A stretch of 64,000 nucleotides of DNA from Octopus bimaculoides. Lineage: Eukaryota. The notes beneath the pieces are model-generated. The model did no database searches, was not told the DNA's origin, and saw only the letters and a list, made by a program, of their open reading frames with translations. Numbering within the stretch: the stretch's first letter is position 1; each line of letters opens with the position of its first letter. Position numbers and translations under genes: made by a program. Shown here piece by piece: positions 1-12,086 of the stretch. The stretch spans positions 147,271,896 to 147,335,895 of the forward strand of contig NC_068983.1 in the NCBI RefSeq assembly GCF_001194135.2. The letters run 5' to 3'.

Positions 1-45
1 TGTATCCTATTTTCCACATAATAACTCTTTCCATATTATTTACAG

Positions 46-152
46 GTAAAGTGGACACATGGAAAAAATGGTTAACGGTGGAACAAAGTGAAAGAATCGA
101 TGCAAGGATCCAATCAGAATTCACGGATCAAGGAATCATTTTTAATTTTTGA
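46..152 (+). CDS. Terminal coding exon of an upstream sulfotransferase-like paralog (copy 0; rest of gene lies before the window)
   Basis: tttacag acceptor at 44-45, phase 1. Reads (G)KVDTWKKWLTVEQSERIDARIQSEFTDQGIIFNF*. It is 107 nt, like exon 5 of copies A and B, and carries the KxxxTVxxxE SULT dimerisation motif. Confidence 0.85.
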
Positions 153-1151
153 CTCATGCATTGATGTTAGACATTTTCAAGTCAAGTAAAATCATGCAAA
201 AACATATGTTGCCAGTTCAAACTTCTTTATTGGTTCGACGGTAATTTCTTAAGCTCTACGTTCTTATAGTGTAGTTATGAATCATTGAATTTCAATAAAA
301 AAAATGCATATTTATTGTATTCCGATTTTTATGTGGAACCCTAAGAAAGTTTCCTCAAATTATTGTATGTAAAATGTAATATCCGATTTTGCAAATGAAC
401 TCCCTCCAAACCCAAACACCCGTATTCAAACAATTATGCCTTTTGTTTTGTTTTTACATAAATCTAACATTATTTTTTTATACACCCCTCTAAAAAGAAA
501 AGAAAATTTACATATGGATATCCATTAAGAGATGGCTCAAAGTGTTTTCATACCTCTTATCGAAATGATGTTTCCGTAGTAATCTCCTTAGTCTGTTGAA
601 CTGTATCGCTATTAGACGTGGTTTCAACAAGCATTATTTATCGAATTTTGTGTTTTTGTAAAATGTAGTAATCTTCATGAAAGCACCCGAAACAATCTAA
701 TAACAGAAAGGAAACGTAGGTGTAACTGAGCACTACTTGTTTCCAATTAATACATATGTTTCAGTATTCAGCAATACATAACGTTACATTATAGTTGCAA
801 CCAATAGATACAACTTACAGGGCCAACATAGAGCAGTTACATCGTCAGACAATTGAAAAAGAAATATAAGCTAACCACTAGTAGTATCCAAATTTAAATA
901 CAATGAAGGGATACGCCAGATGGGAGTGGGTAGTTAAACCGATCGGCATAACCACACAGTGGACCGGTGTTCGTAATGGTAGGGATTAGGGATTAGGTCG
1001 CCTGCACTTGACGATTCACGGAGGAGGGGAAAGGTGACGGTGGAGGGTAAAGAGGGAAATTTAACATCTGGTAAGTTAAATGAGTATAATAGAAATCGTC
1101 TACGCCGTCACAGTCTGGTTAGCCCCCATATATCCGTGCAAGCACACGCAA

Positions 1152-1154
<3 letters not shown>

Positions 1155-1235
<81 letters not shown>

Positions 1236-1250
1236 CATATATATATATAC
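1155..1250. repeat. (CA)n(TA)n compound microsatellite
   Basis: Direct reading. Confidence 0.95.
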
Positions 1251-1255
1251 ACAAA

Positions 1256-1570
1256 AGTAAATGAGTATATGCATATATACGTACAGGTATGTGCATACCG
1301 ACATCCACCTGTATGTATAGGTGCATATCTGGGTACAGGACATTGCAAACAAACGTAGACGAGAACACACGAGCCACATAGAGAACATTCTACTTCTTCA
1401 GCTACCCACGTTTTAACACCGGCGTTTCGACGAGCTTCGGGCAGGACGCAACGTTAAAACGGCTCGTCCCATGGATCGCAGATTAAATCTGTATACGCAA
1501 ATTTAATCTAGCCATGGAGGAATGTAGTGGCGGACAAAAAACAAGACAGGAAAACAAACAGAAGGCTTTA
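1256..1570 (-). mobile_element. Unclassified interspersed repeat with two hairpins (copy 1)
   Basis: 1256-1521 is the reverse complement of 43832-44101 at high identity. Confidence 0.6.
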
Positions 1571-1658
1571 CGGCCAGACGAGAATATATACACACGTGTG
1601 AATATGTGTACATACTCATACATACATATGTGTACATTCACACAGACACATACATATT

Positions 1659-2473
1659 CGAGGTGATTTCAACCAGTTCCCAGACTAGTTCTGTAGCGCG
1701 CCAACAGATGGCAGCACACGACTGCGTGCGCTGTGAGAGCTAGCAGTGATCTCTATAAGGCAATGTGCCGAGTATCATCGCTGTGTTTAGTTTGCGAGTT
1801 GTGGAATTTGTGTTTTTGTGATCACGTGTGTGCTGTAGTTTGCGATTTTTGTTACTTGGAACAAAGAACCAACTTGGGAAGTCTGCTGCAGAAACATTGA
1901 ATATGCTTCAGCAAGCTTACAGCGATGGGCCGTACGCAATGCTCCAAGTGCATGCCCATCGTTTTTCTTTTACATCTGCGGTATTGTGCATGGAGAATTC
2001 GTTTCCCAGGTCTAGACCGTCAATTCAAGAGTTCTACTGCGATGTTTTGAAGCGTTTGAATAAGGATATTCGGTGAAAGTGACCGGATCTGTGGAGCGCG
2101 AAGAATTGGATTCTTCATGATGGTAATGTACCCTGTCACTCGTGAGTTTCTTGCCAAAGACAATATAGAATCTCTTCCGCACCTGCCCTATTCACCAGAT
2201 TTAGCACCTGCGAACTTCTATGTCTTCCCCAAGATGAAAATGCAGCTCAAAGGTCGCCGTTTTAACATTATTGTGGAGATGAGGAGCGATTCACAAAAGT
2301 TCCAAGACTCGCTTACGGAAAATGACTTCCAGACCAGATTCCAGAAATGATAGGGATACTGGGGGCCGGTGTATTGCTGCGCACGGTGACTATATCGAAG
2401 GTGATGATGTTAAAACTTAGGTAAATAAGTTATTTTTTTTTTATTAAACATAACTTTCCCGGAAACTCCTTGA
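1659..2473 (+). mobile_element. Internally deleted, degenerate mariner transposon
   Basis: N-terminal LGKSAAETLNMLQQAY and C-terminal LPHLPYSPDLAPANFYVFPKMKMQLKGRRF (mariner YSPDLAP motif). Degraded TIR-like ends near TA dinucleotides. Confidence 0.8.
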
Positions 2474-3339
2474 TACTACTTTGTATGCGCACAGACATAC
2501 GGGTGCAATCACAAATACAAACATGTGTAGAAACACCCGAATACCACTCCCCTTGCCGATTTCTGTGATTTGGCCAAAACAACCCTTTTGAATACTACCG
2601 GTCAAATGACCGTACTTAAGTTCCTTATTCAATCTTGCTTTCTTCACGTACACTTTTTTCTCCCCCTTGATCAAAAATATTTCCCCACCCTCTTCCCACC
2701 ACATTATCTTATTTTCAAATACCATTTCCCTTCCTAATTTCTGTAATTCAGTCAGAATAGCCCTATTGAATACTTCCGGTCAACTGACCTTGTTTAAATT
2801 CCTCATTCCTCTCACTCCCTTATATTTTATTTTTTTCTCCTTTTAATACTTATTTCTCTCTATATTTATATTCTCCTCCCCTACTGGGCTTTTTACATTC
2901 TGATTGAATCTTCCATGCGTTAACGTGTACCTCCTTACGACAATGTGAACTTTCATCTAATTAAGATATCCTTGGCCTGAATATATCCTTGGCCTGCGGT
3001 ATACATCTCGCTTAGATATTTACCACTTCCAAGATTACGCTCGCTATGAAACATATGTAACCCGGATCTAATCTACTCCATTCCGTAACTCTTGTAGTCT
3101 TATTCGCACACCCGGCAACCCTGGTCGCTTACCGGGAAATATAAAATTAACTTTTTTCAGTTTATCGTACGTCGATACGAAAAAAGTCCACATCAATAAA
3201 CTAATATTGTCCCTGAAAGTTGTTGTATATTTACTACGGATTGCTTAAAGCTAACTTTCTTCCTATACCTCGATCCCTGGATCTTACATTTATATATCAC
3301 TTGTTCCTAATCTAGTGAACGCTAACTGTGTTGAAGACA

Positions 3340-4550
3340 CGGAAATGGAGAAAATTAAATTAAACTTGTCGCTTAAGGATATCCATCTTACTAACAAAAC
3401 CGAGTACATGAAACTCATAATTCATGCTACGAAAGAATTGATTCGACAGATGCGATGGAAAGCTTTCTTCTCCCTCTGCAACTCTACTACCAACTCTGTT
3501 AACCTAAGCCATCAAGCCCTACTCCGCAAATTTAGATTCCACAAAAACCCACCTCCTAACCGACACCTCGACAATTTCGAGCAAAACGTTACCAATATGG
3601 TCAAAACATAAAATTTAAACCCAAAATGAAAGCGACCAAACTCCACCTAACCAAAATCGATAAGATTATCAAGAAACTTCAGATATACCCAGGAATCCCC
3701 GTCCACGCTGTTAAGACAGGTAATTTATACAATGTTCTCCTGGACAAATACCCAGATTTAATACCCAAACAACTACAGAAGTGTACTTCATTTCGCTATA
3801 AAAGAAATCTATCGCAAAAATAGAGATCCCGTTTTTAAACTTGGACTTCGGAATAGAACCGAATCTTCCACACCTCGCCCACCCCGTATAAGCTTAAAAG
3901 ATCACAAAGAAAAATTCCCAGCCAACCCCTCCGTTCGCCTCATTTATCCTTCTACCTCCGATATAGGTAAGCTCAGTAAAATTATACTCGATCGAATAAT
4001 ACCCCCAACTTTCCATCACATCTATATTAAGAACTCTGAACGCAAGCCACTGAAACTATCCAGTGGTTCAATTTTCTATGCCCTAAGCACACCTTTAAAT
4101 TTATACAAGTCGACATTAATCAATACTATTCCAGCATATCTGCTATCCTTCTAAATAACGCCCTAATTTTCGCCAAAATACATTCCAACCTATCTCGCGA
4201 CGATATTGATATTATATTAGCATGGGAAATGCTGGGCCCGCAAGGATACACCCAACTCTTTCGATATCCCCATGGGGCCCAGCGACTCCGCTCAAGTTAT
4301 GGACCTTGTAGTTCATTACCTACTTAATAGTCTCCACGAATATTTCCGTAACATTTCCGGTGGTCTATATAGAGACGACGCTCTGTTCGCAATCCAAAAT
4401 TCTAGCAACCAATCGAACAGACTAGAAAAAGCTGAAGAATTTTCTTTTAAAAACGTCGGCCTTGGCGTCTTCTGTAACAACGTTAAAACTGCCATGCTCC
4501 CTTTCTCAGCCGTAAGTAAAACATTTTTCTTTCATCGATGATTAAGCTGG
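3340..4550 (+). mobile_element. Degenerate Penelope-like retroelement (PLE) reverse transcriptase
   Basis: Across frameshifts and stops: LIRQMRWKAFF, AVKTGNLYNV, RISLKDHKEKFPANPSVRLIYPSTSDIGKLSKIILDRI, FIQVDINQYYSSI, MGPSDSAQVMDLVVHYLL, GGLYRDDAL (YxDD). The motif order matches PLE RTs. Confidence 0.75.
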
Positions 4551-6899
4551 GCTATGTGAATGAGTTTTCACCGCTTCTTGTACGTATCAACAACTAGGAA
4601 AACAGACAAACTGTATTTATTTCATACAATCATCTCATTAGTATACTATCCGCCAGGCAATAAATCAAAGTGGTATGCCTCTTAGGGCTCGAAACTCGTT
4701 CTTCTCAATTAGATATTCTATATGATACGTAACCACCAACACTTTTCCTTCCCTCGTTTTTCACCCCTCTCTCTCATTCTCTCTCATTCTCTCTCTCTAT
4801 GTTTTTATCCTCCTTTGCTCTTTCGTTGCTCACACGTGACCATCAGCCATCTTTCTTTTCCTAACTTGAATTTCTTTCTTTCCTTGTGATCAGCTGCAGG
4901 GATCAAACGCATTCTTGTCTGTCTTTTATCAAAGCTTGTTCCACCAGCGTTCACCACCTCACCTCATTTAGGCTTAGCAGCCCTTCCTGTTTGTTTTCAC
5001 TGTCCTATTTTTGTTACCAACTTTGACCCTCCGCAAAAATCCCAAATTTTATTTAATTTGCTTTGCGGGAGCAACTGTTTTGTTGAAGGCGTATCTATAT
5101 TGTTTTCGTATTTCATGTTGTTTACATTCTGTGACGTCCTGTTCCCATATATGCATATGTATATACATATATGTGTAAGTATGTAAATATATGTATGTAT
5201 ATATGCATATATATATATATTTATATTATATATATATATATGTGTATGTATGTATGTATGTATATATGTACGCATATATTTTCATTCACATACATCCATA
5301 CACTCATACACATGTATATGCCATGCATAAATAAGTAAATAGTACATATATAAAAGACACGCAGGCACACACAAACACACACACACGTTATAATCCTGAT
5401 TTCAACACAATGAATTTTGGCTTGGCCAGTACGGTGCAAAGATTTACAAGAGGAAAAATAATGATTGCTATTAGAACATGTGTAAAGGTCAAAGCTGTAG
5501 AGTGGAAACTTAATTAAAACTAATATCAAATTAGATAAAGAAACAAAGATAAAGGAATCCTACCAAATACTGGCTTAGAAATACATAGGAATCAATGAAC
5601 CTAAGAGAGCACAACAACCAAATGAAACAGAAATAAAGGATGGAATATATAGTGAGACAGTAACGTTATACAAGCAGAGCAGATTTATAAAATATGCCTC
5701 TAGAACAAAAAATATATCCTGTTAAGAATAATGAAAACAATGTAAATAGTTTCAAGACGTGAACGAAACAAAAGCAGAATCTCTGTTCTTAAGGAATACA
5801 ATAAATACGAAACCAAGACTGAAATGATAGATGGTTATAAAGAGAAAGGTTAAACAATATAAATTGCGTAAATACTATACGTCCAATACCAGGAAAAGAA
5901 AAGTCAAAGCCGAAAAGGATCAAAGCCTTTCCACCAAAAACCATCGAATTCTTAAGTAAAGAATTCTATAGAACTATAGAATACTATAAACTCTCTCCTA
6001 TCTGGCAATTTATTCGGCAGTAATTTATCGAACTGTTTCACAAATGATCGCAAAGCATGTAGCTGTGTGTGAGTGAACTGAAAATGCGTAAAAAAAAAAA
6101 AAACTTCTCGAATTATGTATATAGACACTTGGAAAACTTATCACCATCTCATTATCCATTATCACATCATCTAAATATATCCAGAGTCTAAAGAATGATA
6201 ACATTAACAAATCTGAACTCCTCAAATTTATTATAAGACATGCTTTCCCCAGCAGAAGGTGCAAGTTTTGCCTCTCGGTGTAGAATAACAGCCGTTTACA
6301 GTATCAGAACAAAAAAAATCAGAATTAATGAATAAAAATCAGAATTAATGAATCTATAGAGACATTTCCAATGATATTTATTGGAGAATTTCGAAATAGT
6401 AAATGCTTAAAATAGTTTTACACATATGTCACTTCACATAGACTGAAAGACTTTTTCCTATTGGAAAAAATCAAACAAACATTCAGTTACTTATCAACAC
6501 TAACACTGCATTAATTATAATAATCTATGCTTTTGTGAGAGTTGCACATATGACGCTGAAGACATGAAAATATCACATGTTTTTGCATGTGGCTATATAA
6601 ATACGACACGTATTCTGCATATGACTATTAAATAGACTTTAGTCTGTTTTTTAAAATCTTGATCACGAGTTATATTTCAAGGTGTTTGCGAATACTTGAG
6701 CCTATTTATTATCATCGTTTGAATTATCTGTAATACGAAAGGCAGAGTAACTATTCAAGAGGCTCTAGATATTTATATTATCATTACGAATATTGTTAAA
6801 AAGTCAAAACAATATTGAAAATCCCAATGCGCTCTTTTGCCTCCTCATTCATGTCTGCGCTTATACACCTTTTGTGTTAGTTTACTGCACTTGCTCAAA

Positions 6900-7595
6900 A
6901 GGTGATTGATACTTTCGTCCCCTTTCCTGTAGATTTTACATTTGCTATCTGACTGAGTTCTGTCGATCTTTGCTTTATCAGATTTATCCTAAAGGTTTGT
7001 TCCTAAGCGGTTATAATTAGAGTTTCTTCCTCTCGTTTCAAATTCCTGTCTGTCAGCCAGAGCCAGCAATCTTTACTTCTAATATTCTCGGTCTGTCGCA
7101 AGAATTAGCCATGTAGGTCCATTTCTTTCAATGTGTTTGTTCTGTTTTGCTTCCTTTTTTCTTTGAATTCTCCTATTCTTTCAATCACTTTTTGAGTATT
7201 TCTCGCTGCCAAGAGTTTCCTTTCTCTACTTAGCACAACATAAATTTTTATACCAATTATCATAGTATTAATTCTGCCTTCTGCGTTAATTAATCTGCTG
7301 TCACCTTCTTTTCTTGGTAGAGTCGGTCGTTGTAACTGTAAGCAGCTTTCTAGTTCTTCTGTCCCCATTCTGTAGCTCGACCTTTGTCCATTTCAGAAAA
7401 GAAGCAGATTATCTCATTGCGGGAATAGTCCCTGTATTTATGGCGTTAATGATTTTCTCGCTTTTTAATTTTGTTTCGAGCACCTTCCTAATTCTCCTCT
7501 TGTACTCTATAGTAACTTACTCTCTCATTTCTCCATACATTATCCTAACTTCTTGCAGCACTTCTACATGTTTATGCCCTTCCTTAACCAAAAGT
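6900..7595 (-). mobile_element. Degenerate R4/Dong-like non-LTR retrotransposon, post-RT fragment
   Basis: IEYKRRIRKVLETKLKSEKIINAINTGTIPAMR*SA and PTLPRKEGDSRLI resemble the EYxxR..KLN..N.I.AINT and LYLPRKEGGRGL blocks of REL-type LINEs. Confidence 0.6.
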
Positions 7596-7596
7596 T

Positions 7597-8645
7597 TCAT
7601 ATTCGCTTTGTAATGCTTTTCTTTTTTTTTTAACAAAAAGAAGAAAATGCTGCAACAACTTGCGAAAACATTTGTGAAGTTTATGGTGACGCTGCTGTAG
7701 GTGAATCAACTGTTCGAAGGTGGTTTGCTAAAGCTAGATAGTTTCGTTTGGAAGATGACAGTTGCAGTAGAAGACCTTCAAAATTGAATGAAGACATTCT
7801 GAAGGCAAAAATCGAAGAAAACTCAAATATCACGACCAGAGAACTTGCAGATGAGTTGGAAGTTTCTAAAAGTATGGCTCCTGAAGACCGGGTGAAGCTA
7901 GGATACATTTCTTGCTATTTATGTATGGGTCCCTCACAAACTCTCAGAAAAGAATTGCTTAGACCAGTATTCTGTTTGTGATACACTTTTGAAACAGAAT
8001 GAAAGTATACCTTTTTTGAAACAACTTGTGACTGGAGATGAAAAATGGATTGTGTACGAAAACAAAGTGCGAAAAGATCCTGGAGTTTGAGTAAAGATCT
8101 CCCAAAACAGAAAACAAAGACGAATATCCATGCCAAAAAAGCTATGCTTTGTGTTTGGTGGGATCATAAAGGTATTATTTATTATGAGCTTCTCCCAGAA
8201 AATCAAACCATTAATTCTGATGTGTACTGTCATCAGCTAGTTAATTTGAACCAAAAAATAAATGAACTGAGGCCGAAGATTGCCAACAGAAAGTGGGTAG
8301 TATTCCAACAAGACAATTCCCGACCACATGTGTCTTTGGCTACCCGAACAAAGTTATATGAACTTGGCTCAGATCTCTTACCCTATCCACCATATTCTGA
8401 TCTCGCGCCATCTGACTACCACTTGTTTGTGTCCCTACAGAACTCATTGCAAGGAAAAACATTTAACAGTTTAGATGGAGTCAAAATGCATCTAGGTAAC
8501 CATTTTCTTCAAAACCAATCAAATTTTATATTGATGGAATATTCAAACTGATAGATGGGTAAAGGACATTAATAATAATGGAAATTATTTCAGCGAATAA
8601 AATTTATTAAAAGGTCCGTTATTTATATCCCTTTTTGCATATTAA
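7597..8645 (+). mobile_element. Mariner transposon, frameshifted D,D34D transposase
   Basis: HTH region (CEVYGDAAVGESTVRRWFAK), LVTGDEKWIVYEN, KAMLCVWWDHKGIIYYELL, QQDNSRPH, PPYSDLAPSDYHLF. Confidence 0.9.
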
Positions 8646-9575
8646 AAACTGCTCAGAACTTCCCAAACAACCTAATACATGGGAGATTCTTGAGCCAGAC
8701 ACCCTGGACATCATCTTGTGTATAATAATATAAAAAAGAAGATCAAGAAGGAATATTATAGGAGAGTTTGAGCTGTTATGAAATCTGAGCGAAATGCACA
8801 TAACGAGGTGTTAACCATAAATTCCTTTGCAGTTCTAGTTGTTACAACTTCAATGTCAGCTAGTCATGCTACTTCAGGCTGATAACGAGCAAAAACTCAG
8901 AAACATGTCCCTGAATGCAGGCTGGGCTGGGTGAAGGAGTTTGTCTCCCCCTCGCAAACATAAGGTCACAGGAAATGTGTCAAGGCCGACAGGAAGTGGT
9001 CCAGCTTCCTAGGGCTAAATAATAGTAGTATATTCCCTTATTGGGACTGTCACGTTAAGTTGGCAGTATACAACTACTTTATCGCATCACTACTGCTTGA
9101 GTCTCTCTGAGAGATTTAGAAATGTATTATTTCTAACATATATNNNNNNNNNNNNNNNNNNNNNNNNNNNNNNNNNNNNNNNNNNNNNNNNNNNNNNNNN
9201 NNNNNNNNNNNNNNNNNNNNNNNNNNNNNNNNNNNNNNNNNNNNNNNNNNNNNNNNNNNNNNNNNNNNNNNNNNNNNNNNNNNNNNNNNNNNNNNNNNNN
9301 NNNNNNNNNNNNNNNNNNNNNNNNNNNNNNNNNNNNNNNNNNNNNNNNNNNNNNNNNNNNNNNNNNNNNNNNNNNNNNNNNNNNNNNNNNNNNNNNNNNN
9401 NNNNNNNNNNNNNNNNNNNNNNNNNNNNNNNNNNNNNNNNNNNNNNNNNNNNNNNNNNNNNNNNNNNNNNNNNNNNNNNNNNNNNNNNNNNNNNNNNNNN
9501 NNNNNNNNNNNNNNNNNNNNNNNNNNNNNNNNNNNNNNNNNNNNNNNNNNNNNNNNNNNNNNNNNNNNNNNNNNN

Positions 9576-11870
9576 CATCATCGTTTAATGTCTGCCTTCC
9601 ATACTAGCATAGGTTGGACGATTTGACTGAGGACTGGCAAACCAGATGGCTGCACCAGGCTCCAACCTGATCTGGCAGAGTTTCTACAGCTGGATGCCCT
9701 TCCTAACGCCAACCACTCCGAGAGTGTAGTGGGAGCTTTTACGTGCCACTGGCACGAGGATCAGTCAGGCGGTACTGGCAACGGCCACGCTCAAAGTGGT
9801 GTTTTTTATGTGCCACCTGCAACAGGAGTTAGTCCAGCGGCAGTGGCAATGACCTCGCTCGAATGTTTTATCACATGCCACCGGCACAAGTGCCAGTAAG
9901 GCGACGCTGGTAACGATCACGCTTAAATGGTGCTATTTACATGTCACTGGCACGGAAGCTAGACAGCTGCTCTGGCAATGAACACGCTCGGACGGTGCTC
10001 TTAACGCTCCACTGGCACAGGTGCCAGTCATCGAATTTGGTTCAATCACTTTTTCGATTTCACTTGCCCCAACAGGTCTTCGCAAGCCGAGTTTAGTGTC
10101 CAATGAAGGAGAGGTTGGCATGGGTGCCATTCGTCGAATTTGGTTCGATTTCGATTTCACTTGCCTCAACAGGTCTTCGCAAGCAGAGTTTAGTGTCCAA
10201 TGAAGGAAAGGTACGCATAAGTAGGCTGGCTACACCCCTGGCAGAGGCCTCGGATTATGGTCTCACTTGGCTTGCCGGGTCTTCTCACGCACTGCATATT
10301 TCCAAAGGTCTCGGTGACAAGTTATTGCCTCAGTGAGGCCTCATGTTCGAAAGTCGTGCTTCACCACCTCATCCCAGGTCTTCCTGGGTCTACCTCTTCC
10401 ACAGGATCCCTCAACTGCTAGGGTGTGACACTTTTTTACACAGATATCCTCATCCATTCCCGCCACATGACCATACCAGCGCAATAGTCTCTCTTCCACA
10501 CCACAACTGATGCTTCTTAGGTTCCACTTTTGTCTGAAGGTACTTGCACTCTATCGAGTATGCACACTAACATTACACATCCATCGGAGCATACTGCCTT
10601 TATTCCTTGCGAGCTAACGCATGTCTTCAGCAGTCACGGTCCATGTTTCACTGCCATGTAGCATGGCTGTTCGTTNNNNNNNNNNAACTACGTCTAGTTT
10701 TTCTCCCTGGAATGTGGTAGAAGTTGTTTTCTGCACATTTTCAGTGTTTATTGCTCCTGAGCATCTGCCACATACAAAAACTAACTTCCTAGTTAACCTT
10801 CCTTTGATATTGCTGCACCTCTTATGTGTCCATAGCTTGCACTGAGTGCATCTTATAGAGTTTCTACCTACGCCTTTTCTACAGATCGAGTAGGGCCATC
10901 TACCTGAAGGAGTTTGTGTTTTTTCTACCTTCCTACTTATTAGGACTTTGGTTTCAGCTAGGTTGACTCTAAGGCCCTTCGATTCTAGTCCTTGCTTCCA
11001 GACCTGAAACTTCTCCTCTAGTTCTGATAGTGACTCGGCAATTAGCGCATGGTCATCAGCATAGAGGAGCTTCCAGGGGCATCCTGTCTTAAATTTCTGT
11101 GTTATTGCCTGGAGGACTATGATAAATAGGAGGGGGCTGAGGACTGAACCTTAGTGGACCCCTACCTCTACCCGAAATTCTTCAGTGTACTCGTTGCCAA
11201 CCCTCACCTTACTGAGAGCGTCCTTGTACATGGCTCGCACAGCTCTCACTAACCATTCATCTATCTCTAGTTTCCTCATTGACCACCAGATAATGGATCG
11301 GGGGACCCTGTCAAAGGCTTTCGCCATGTCAACGAAAGCCAGGTAAAGAGGTTTATCTTTGGTTAGGTATTTCTCCTGCAGCTGTCTAACCAGAAATATA
11401 GCATCAGTGGTGCTTTTCCCTGGCGCGAACCCAAGATGCATCTCATCTAGATTGACTCTCTCCATAATAAGTTGGGCTATGACCCCCTCCGTGACATTCA
11501 TTACCTGGTCCAACAACATGATACCTCTAATTATTTTTATCTAAAGCGTCACCTTAACCTTTGTAGCAGTTGACTATGGTGGTGCTACACCAGTTATTTG
11601 GTATGACTCCTTCATGTACGGGTGACTAGGCTATAGCTGACACTGCCAGATATTTTGAGCATCTCTGCCGTGATTTCTGATGGGCCGGGGGCTTTCCCTG
11701 TCTTCATACTCTTAATTGCTTTATCTACCATGGTACTGTCAACTCGGATAGCTGGTCCCTCTGTTGGGTCGACATTCGGCAGACTCTCTTTCTCCCATTC
11801 ATTCTCTTTATTGAGCAATCTTTCGTAGTGGCGGCTCCAAACCTCTCTCTCTCTTTGCAGCGACGTTTAG
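9576..11870 (-). mobile_element. 5'-truncated RTE-clade LINE (RT, 3' UTR with tandem ~55-60 bp units, (GAT)n tail)
   Basis: KTGKAPGPSEITAEML, GFAPGKSTTDAIF, LAFVDMAKAFDRVPR, PWKLLYADDH. The 3' UTR includes ggatgcccttcctaacgccaacc and a catcat tail at 9576. Confidence 0.9.
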
Positions 11871-11924
11871 TGCAAGTGAACCATCATACATGCGGACATA
11901 TGTATGCATATATATATATATATA

Positions 11925-12086
11925 TAGTTTAAAAAAAACAATAACAAAAAAGCAACAAAGTGAGGACGTGATACGGATAGTGTTATTGGACGCTCGGGAA
12001 AGGAAAGAGAGAGTGCATGACGTTTCGGGCGTAGCCCTTCGTCGGAAAGATGGAAAGTTCGGAGAATGGAAAAACGGAGAAAGAGG
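11925..12086 (-). mobile_element. Short repeat with hammerhead-like motif, probable PLE terminal repeat (copy 1)
   Basis: Reverse complement is homologous to 53997-54200. Contains CCGACGAAGGGCTACGCCCGAAACGTC. Confidence 0.45.

Noticed and set aside
979-998. ggtagggattagggattagg as another telomeric tract
   Set aside because: It is a 7-nt TTAGGGA variant with only two units, too short to separate from chance.
1409-1461. Hammerhead ribozyme in the two-hairpin repeat (gcgtc...gaaacgc)
   Set aside because: There is no CUGANGA core in the correct position and no stem I.
9690-10030. CRISPR-like array
   Set aside because: The units are degenerate tandem repeats in a LINE 3' UTR, with no unique spacers, no cas genes and a eukaryotic context.
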